A stretch of DNA of 64,000 nt, from assembly GCA_965178125.1 (NCBI GenBank), contig OZ237758.1:1-64000 (forward strand). Direction: 5' to 3'. This document shows, piece after piece, positions 57,472 through 64,000 of this stretch. This stretch comes from Bilabrum cf. latius (taxonomy: Eukaryota). A program made the position numbers and the translations under genes. The notes under the pieces are model-generated. The model had not been told where the DNA came from and made no database searches. It worked only from the letters and a program-made list of their open reading frames with translations. Position 1 is the stretch's first letter, and every line of letters starts with the position of its first letter.

Positions 57472-59046
57472 ATGAGCGTAGGAGGAATAATTGCAGGCGT
57501 TTTCCTGGTCTTGCTAACCCCCGGGGTTCCTGCGGTTGTGATTTGGCTCAAGCACCACTATCCAGAGCGGACCTCATATTTAGAGCCATTGATTACATGC
57601 TATGTATGTGGGATAGCAATCGGAAACATCATATCGCTTGCCGGCGAGCATGGAGAAGGGACGCCGGTGTATACTGTGCTTGACCTGCTGTCGTCTGCCA
57701 CTGTAGCTCTTGGGCTCCCGATGCTACTTTTCTCGACGAATTTAGCGGCGCTTAGAGGCCCGGCAGTGTACGTAGCTATGTGCATGCTAATCGGAGCGAC
57801 CTGCGTGGTGTGTATGGCGTTTGCTGTGGAGGCCATGGTCGGCGGGCAGCTAGGCGACGATGCGCCCACCGTGGCCGGGTTAATGACCGCTGTCCTTACT
57901 GGAGGCACGCCTAACATGGCCGCTGTGCGGGCGGCACTCAGCATACCGGCCGAAACGTTCGTAGCTGTGCATACGGCCGAAACCGTGGTTGGCGCGCTGT
58001 ACGTGCTGCTGCTGGTGACCGTGGCCCGCCGCGGGCTGGGTCTATGCATGAGACACTACGAGACACCCAAGGCGACATGGTTCGGCGGGTACTGCGCGTG
58101 CATCATGCAAGAGGTGCCTGAGGAGGACAAGTCCGAGAGTGCTTCGGAGAAGGCGCATCAGGTGGGGGAGGAAGCCCAGCAGCAGGAATAGGGAAAGGTG
58201 CAAGGAGACGAGGGGCCCGTGGCGATGGGCCCTTCCGTGTCTGTGGCCCAGACCGCCCCCGGGCGCGACGATGGGGGGCCATACCACAGTCTGGGAGACT
58301 CGAAAGAGACAGGGGGCGTGGGCAACACCGGTGCCTCTGCCCAGGCAGGGGGCGAGGGCACAGAGGTGGTCGCCGAGGGAGGTGAGGGGGAGGGTGAGGG
58401 GGAGGGGGAGGGGGAGAACGCTGCCGGCCGCGCGGATGCGCTGGTGCGCGAGATGGAGCAGATGCAGGAGAACGGCGGGGTGGGCGCCTTCATGGAGGCG
58501 CTGGAGGAGAGGTACAGGTGCGGTCTGCTGTCCGCGCTTGGGCTGGCGGTGGTGATCGTGGGCGTGTCGTTCGCCTTGGGGCTTCCTGCCGGGGAGGGGT
58601 GGAGCACGGTGGTGACCATCGTGGCGATCAGCACGCTGGCGCTGGTGGCGAGCGCATTTCAGCAGGTGCGGGAGATCCAGCACACGTTCACTGTCGGTGA
58701 GTTCATCGTGCTCGGCTTCTGTTTCGCAGTGGGCGCGCTAGCGGACTTGAGTCAGCTGGTCAAGACGTCTCCTTACGTGTTCCTCTACGTGGCTGTCATG
58801 ATGGTGCTGGCCATCGGGCTGCACCTAGGGCTGGCCGCCCTGGCCGGTTTTGACGCAGACACGGCCATCATCAGCTCGGTGAGCAACGTGCTTTCCCCGC
58901 CGTTCGTGGGACTCGCATGTCGAGCCATCGGGAACCGGAAGCTCATGGCCCCAGGCGTGGCGGCCGGCCTGCTGGGATACGCCCTCGGGTCGTACCTGGG
59001 GATCGGGGTGTTCGCGGCGCTGGGAGGGGACCCCAGCGATGCATGA
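57472..59046 (+). CDS. Polytopic membrane protein, DUF819-like
   Basis: Two hydrophobic halves joined by an acidic loop containing TAG 58189 (AQQQE*GK); LTGGTPNMAAV, SSVSNVLSPPFV, GLLGYALGSYLG. Confidence 0.7.
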
Positions 59047-59264
59047 CCGGCTGGTCTGGCCGGGCGTCGGATCCCGGATCCCGGGATCCGGAATCCGGAT
59101 GGGCGCGAGGACAAGGCAAGGCGAAGCCGTCGCAAGGTCAGTGGGGTTGAGGGGGCCTCTCGTGAGGGGAGGAATCCTCGAGATCCAGAACTGTATTTTG
59201 CTTGCATGCACTCTGCATGTTGCGTGTCGCTGACTGCTCACAAATCGGTTGGTGTCATTGCTGG

Positions 59265-62200
59265 TCAGTCCTCAGCGTTTGAATCCTCGAACACCGCGAA
59301 TCCAGGCCCGCCCCCCCCGCCGCCCATGTGTCCTCCAGTCTCGTCCTCCTACCCCTCTCTCTCCACATCCCCATCTTCATCCCCATCCACTCCCCCCTCT
59401 CCCGCCCTGCCACCCGTCACCTCCTGCATGGCAGTCTCCAGACCACGGCCAGATGGCGGCACCAGGTAGCCTCCGTTCTCCTCCCCACGGGGCCGACCGC
59501 GCTGCTAGCCAGCAGGCCCGCCCCTCTTCTTGCCTCCACTGAAGCGCTCACGCCCATGTCCATGTCCATGCCCATGCTCGTGCTCGTGCTCCCACAGGTC
59601 CCGCACCTAGCTACCAGCCGGACAATCGCCAAACACCGGAATGTCGTCCCCGTCTACACGGCCGTCGGCCGATCCGCCCCCCAGCTCGGTACCAGGATCC
59701 GTGCGTGCATGCGTGCGCTGCGTCGGCTTGATCGTGGACAGGCCGAGTGGCCCGCGGCCCCGAAGCCCCGCCCCGCGGTGGCTAGCCGTGGCCCCAGCGC
59801 TCTAGATGGGGGAGAGCAGCGGAGAGCTCACACCCCCTGGCCCTGGCCCTGGCCCCGCGGATGCTCCCACACCGGACGCTCCCAGTCCCGATCCCTCGTC
59901 ACCGTCTGCAAACACGGTAAATCCAGCGCTCAAGCCGCCGGGCTGCCCGCCCCCTAGCGCCGATGGAGCTCGTCGGGGAGCAGCGGCGGCCGGTCTGCCT
60001 GGCCCATGCCCGATCCCCGACGCCTCCCCGAAAGCATCTGCCCCGAAAGCATCGGCCCCGAAAAGTGCATCCATGTCTTCCAGAGCGAGCTTGGTGTTGA
60101 TCGTCACGCCCTCGTCCCCACCGTGGCCAGCACCCGCACTAGGCACCTCTCCTGTGGCAGCAGCGCCCAGACCTGCACCAAGTCCAGATGCACCGGCAGA
60201 GGCCGTGTCGCCCAACAGACTCCCGTGGCCCCTGGCACGATCGCCACCAGTTCCAGCACCAGCATCGTTCTCATCCTCTTCCTCGCTCTCGCTGTCTCCG
60301 TGCAGCACAGATGCCTGCGCCGCCATGCGCAGCACGCCAGCACTTACGTCACTGCGGGCCGACCGCCCGTGGTCTCCGCCGCTGTCTCCCTCGCTGCCGC
60401 TGCTGCCCCTGCTTGACACGGACCTCGAGTCGTCCTCTTCGCTGTCCACCAGAGGGACGCCGCCGCCGCCCCCGTCTCCAGGCGCAAAGGACGAGGCCTC
60501 CTCCAGCCCGTGCACGTGACTGGCTCCCAGCCCACCATCCTCCATCCCGGGAGAGCCCCCTGGTGCGCTGCCCACAGACTGCTGGGACGGCCCTCCATCG
60601 CCATCTGCGCCTGCACGCCCAGCCCGCCGCCTGCCCTCGCCTCTACCCCCCACCTCGTCTAGCTCCCCCGCCTCGTCCAGCTCGTCCGCCCGCACAGTAA
60701 ACATGGCAGCCAGCGCCGCCAGGTCCTCCGGGTCCTCCCCGCCCGCACGCTCTCCCGCAGCCCGCCGCACCTGCGCCCGCCGCCGGGAGCTCGCCGCCCC
60801 CGACCTTGGAGGCCGCCTGCTGCTGGTTCGGCCGTAGACACCCGGAGTGCGCGCCGAAGTCGCGGGCGCCCGCCTGTTCTCTGCAGAGCTGCCCCCCGGT
60901 GCAGCGCCCCCTCCAGCACCAGCACCAGCACCCGCACCCGCACCCGTCCCTGCCCGCGGCCCGAACTGCCTGAGAGCGCGCCTCTCCGCGCGTGCCGCCT
61001 CCCGCGGGGCCACAGAGCGCATGGACTCGCCCGCGCCGAAGCTAAGCTTGCGCGTGACCTCCGGCGCGAGCGTGGACTGCCCTGCCGTCCTGGTAGCCCC
61101 GCTGGCCCCGAGTGCTGCGTGCAGGAGTGCCTCACCGAGCCCCGCTGTGGCGGTCACATCCCCCTGGCGGGGGCCGGCCCGGGAGGAAGCGCTCCGTGGG
61201 AGGGCGGGCGGCTCCACGCGGCGACCACCTCTGGTGATCTTGCCCACCTAGCTGCCTGCATCCGCCAGCAGCAGAGCGTGCATCGCTGCGGCCTCACCAA
61301 CACCCACCGTGGCCCCTGCATCTCCCTGTCCCTGATCATGCACCCCGGGTGACTCCGACTCGCTCACCCGAGCCATGCGCAGCCTGCGCTCCCTGGACCT
61401 GGCAGCCGCTGCACGCACCCTCTCGAGGCCCGACAGGGGCGACTGCTGTTGCTGCAGTGGTTGCACCTCCTTGCCGTCCTCGTCAACGTCCATCTCCATG
61501 TCATCGTCGTCCTCTTCCTCCTCGTCTGTCTCGCTCTTACCTACTTGCATCTCTCGTGCCCTGGTCGCTGCCCAGGCCCTCCTCCTGTCATCCAGCACGG
61601 CCCGTCTGACATCCCCGTGCCTCGCGAGCCACTCCCTGCCCCTGCTCTCCTCAAAGGACAGCGCCGCAGCACCACCTGCATCCCTGCCCTCGCCCGCCCA
61701 CTCCACCTAGCCGTCGGCCCCCACGGCCCAGCCCCCGCCCATGCTCCGCACAGGCCCCGCCAGCAGGGCAGGGTCACAGCCACGGGTGCGTCCCCTGGTC
61801 CACTTGGCATGCAGCTGCTTCAGCTCCGATCGAGTCCACGGCAAGAAAGCACCCTACTCCTGGCCTGCCGCCCCCGGCCCGCCGTGTCCATCTTCCTCTT
61901 CCTCTTCCTCTTCCTCTTCCTGGAACACCTCGAAGGCGGGCAGCGAGGGCCCCCCTGCAGCCAGCACCTTTGCCACCGGCGGCCTCCTGGCCAGGCCCCC
62001 CTCGTCCCAGCCAGTGACAGGGCCTTCGTTCTCCTTCCGACCCGCCCGCAGGCCGGGGGCCTGCGGCCACCTTGCGGCCTCCACCTACTCGTCCCCGCCA
62101 CGAGAGCTGCCCGCGCCGGAGGCAGGACCTGCAGCTGAGCCGCTGCCTTCGCCTGCCGCAGATCTACCCTAGGCTCCCCCCTCCTCCTCCTCCTCATCAT

Positions 62201-63646
62201 CTCCAAGGATCGCAAATCCAGGGTCCATCGAGCGCCCGCCAGGACCGGATGGCCCCGGCCTGGCCTGAGCCTGCCTCGCCCTGGACGGCCCACCGGCCCT
62301 CCTCCGCTGCGACCGCGAGTTGGACGACGAGGACGAGGACATGCCACGCGTGTGCCCTTGGCTAGTGCCATCATCATCCGCAAAAGGCACAAAGGACCCG
62401 CCCGCCGCCCCCTAGTCACCACCAGCCCCCGTGTCCCTCGGCTGCAGCGCCAGGCCCAGCCCCCGCCTGCCCCCCCGGCGGCTCGCTGCGGCGGCAGCCT
62501 GGGCTCGGTCCTGAGGCACTGCCAGACCGGTTGCAGAGCCAGATACGCCACCAACCCCCCTTGCATTCTCCCCCGGCTTCACCGCCAGCACCCCCAGCGG
62601 CCTCCTCCTCTTGGCCCCACCAGCACCAGCTGCAGCACCAGCAGAGGCACCCAGGGCTGCGTCCGGCCCCTCGCCCGCTGCCCCGAGTAGACCCATGCCC
62701 GCAGCAGGACCGTCACCAACATCGCCCGCAAGGTCCACGGCCCCATCTATACCGGCCTCAGCCCCCGACCCCTTGACCCCCGCTGCCTGCGCCTCGAGCC
62801 GCCCCAGGTCCACGTCCTTCCACTCCACCTCAACCTCCTTGGCAGAGGCCGCGGTAGAGTCCGAGGGGGAGGACCCTCGGGGACCGCTGGTACGAGCACC
62901 CTGCAGCGCCTTCCATTGCGCCACCATGCGGCGGCGGAACATGGCATGGCGAGCAGCGAGCCTCTCGCGTTTGTCCGTGCCGCGCCTGACGCCGTGGGAG
63001 TAGACTCGCTCAGCAACCGTAAATCGGCCATCCCGCTCTGCCACGTGCCCCCAAGCCATATAGAATAAGGCGCATCCCTCACCGATCCTCTTCGACCACA
63101 GGTATCGAAATGTTGGTGCCGGATCCTTCGCCATGTTTGCGAGGCGAATCCAGAGCGCAACGTAGCGCGTATCGTTCCGATACCTGGGATCCTTGGAAAA
63201 CTGGGAAGTCACCTCCTCTAAAGCGGTTTCAACAGGTGTTTTCACACCCCCTGACGGCAGGTGGTCCTCAATCCAACGGATGTAGTCGATCCACGACGAC
63301 AGAGGGTCCTCCGATTTGGCAGCCTTGGCAATCCTTTTCTTCCATGCTCTGCTCCAACAGTTTACAGTAGAATCGTTCGAAAACCAAAAATATGAATTTA
63401 TAAGGGCATTATAATAGGTAATTTGGCACAAATTGGCGATTGGGCTCTTTCTTTAGGGACAGGACCAGGTGTATTGTGCACCACTCACTGTTGCTTCTTC
63501 TTGAGCTCTTTGGCAGACAGCTCTTCGCGCCCTAGAACTCTATTCAGCCTTCGAACATTGCGACCACGTTTCAAGGGCTGCACGTTTTCTTTGCTCGTCT
63601 CCCACTCCGGGTCATTCACGCTTGCTTCGGCAGGACGGGCCGCCAT
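59265..63646 (-). CDS. Mad3/BubR1 (MadBub)-family spindle checkpoint protein, no kinase domain; intron 63349-63488
   Basis: WETSKENVQPLKRGR (KEN1), DPLSSWIDYIRW...YRNDTRYVALW (TPR), RKEN, FEVFQE, LSFEESR, TINTKLALEDMDALF; ~10 TAG; TGA at 59265. Confidence 0.87.
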
Positions 63647-64000
63647 AGTTTGAAAGTTGAACGTCTATCGATCCGAATAAACAGCGGGTAAGGTGTATCT
63701 TCAATAAAGAAGGTTCGATAAATACTGCACGAAGCTGTGACCCAAATTTGCCGACTAGCATGCGGCTGCTTGCAGTATGTGCTATTCAAGCCGCATATTT
63801 GTGTTTAGTAGCTGCTTCAGAAGGATCGATGAGCGTGCGACTGGGTACGCCGTGGCCTATCGGGGTCTACAACCCCGCCATGCAGGCGTCGTAAGCATCA
63901 TTATCATCATGCAGCTCCAACCAACCAACCTCATCGAATTTTCAAGTAATCATTTATGAATGTTAACTATATATCTAATCGCAGCGAATTTTTGGCAGAC

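Noticed and set aside
26229-63370. Many long antisense and alternative-frame ORFs
   Set aside because: Expected in high-GC coding DNA; they overlap motif-supported genes and show no recognisable domains
7204-63646. Mass pseudogenisation as the explanation for the internal stops
   Set aside because: All interruptions are TAG, with no internal TAA/TGA or frameshifts; catalytic motifs are intact and housekeeping genes are affected
7204-63646. Systematic C-to-T sequencing error or deamination creating TAG
   Set aside because: This should also turn CAA into TAA and CGA into TGA, which is not seen. TAG contexts vary, and the CAG-rich 45-bp array shows no such changes. RNA editing is not formally excluded without transcripts.
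1-64000. Suppressor tRNA-Gln(CUA) or eRF1 gene in this window
   Set aside because: None recognised by eye; tRNAscan-SE is needed and the genes are probably elsewhere

Overview
Left end of a gene-dense, GC-rich eukaryotic (protist-like) chromosome. Bases 1-2.7 kb are a telomere: three same-orientation (CCCTAA)n arrays separated by two blocks of a ~155-bp satellite, followed by a 69-bp tandem repeat. About 27 closely spaced protein genes follow, with few GT-AG introns. The main result is a non-standard nuclear genetic code in which TAG is a sense codon, most likely Gln. Hand translation finds about 100 in-frame TAGs in 22 of 27 gene models, several at conserved Gln positions (glycerol kinase [20 protein letters not shown], mARC *LWVYPVKS, J-domain KLAL*YHPDK). 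I found no internal TAA. Genes end in TGA (25) or apparently TAA (2). This points to UAG-only reassignment with UAA and UGA kept as stops. The supplied standard-code ORF track therefore fragments most genes. Reading TAG as sense reveals a STELLO/GT23-like fusion, a kinase-less MadBub, a 2,276-aa SPK-repeat protein, organelle-targeting peptides and two paralogous subtelomeric ankyrin genes. Family calls come from recalled motifs, not database searches; counts and coordinates are by hand.
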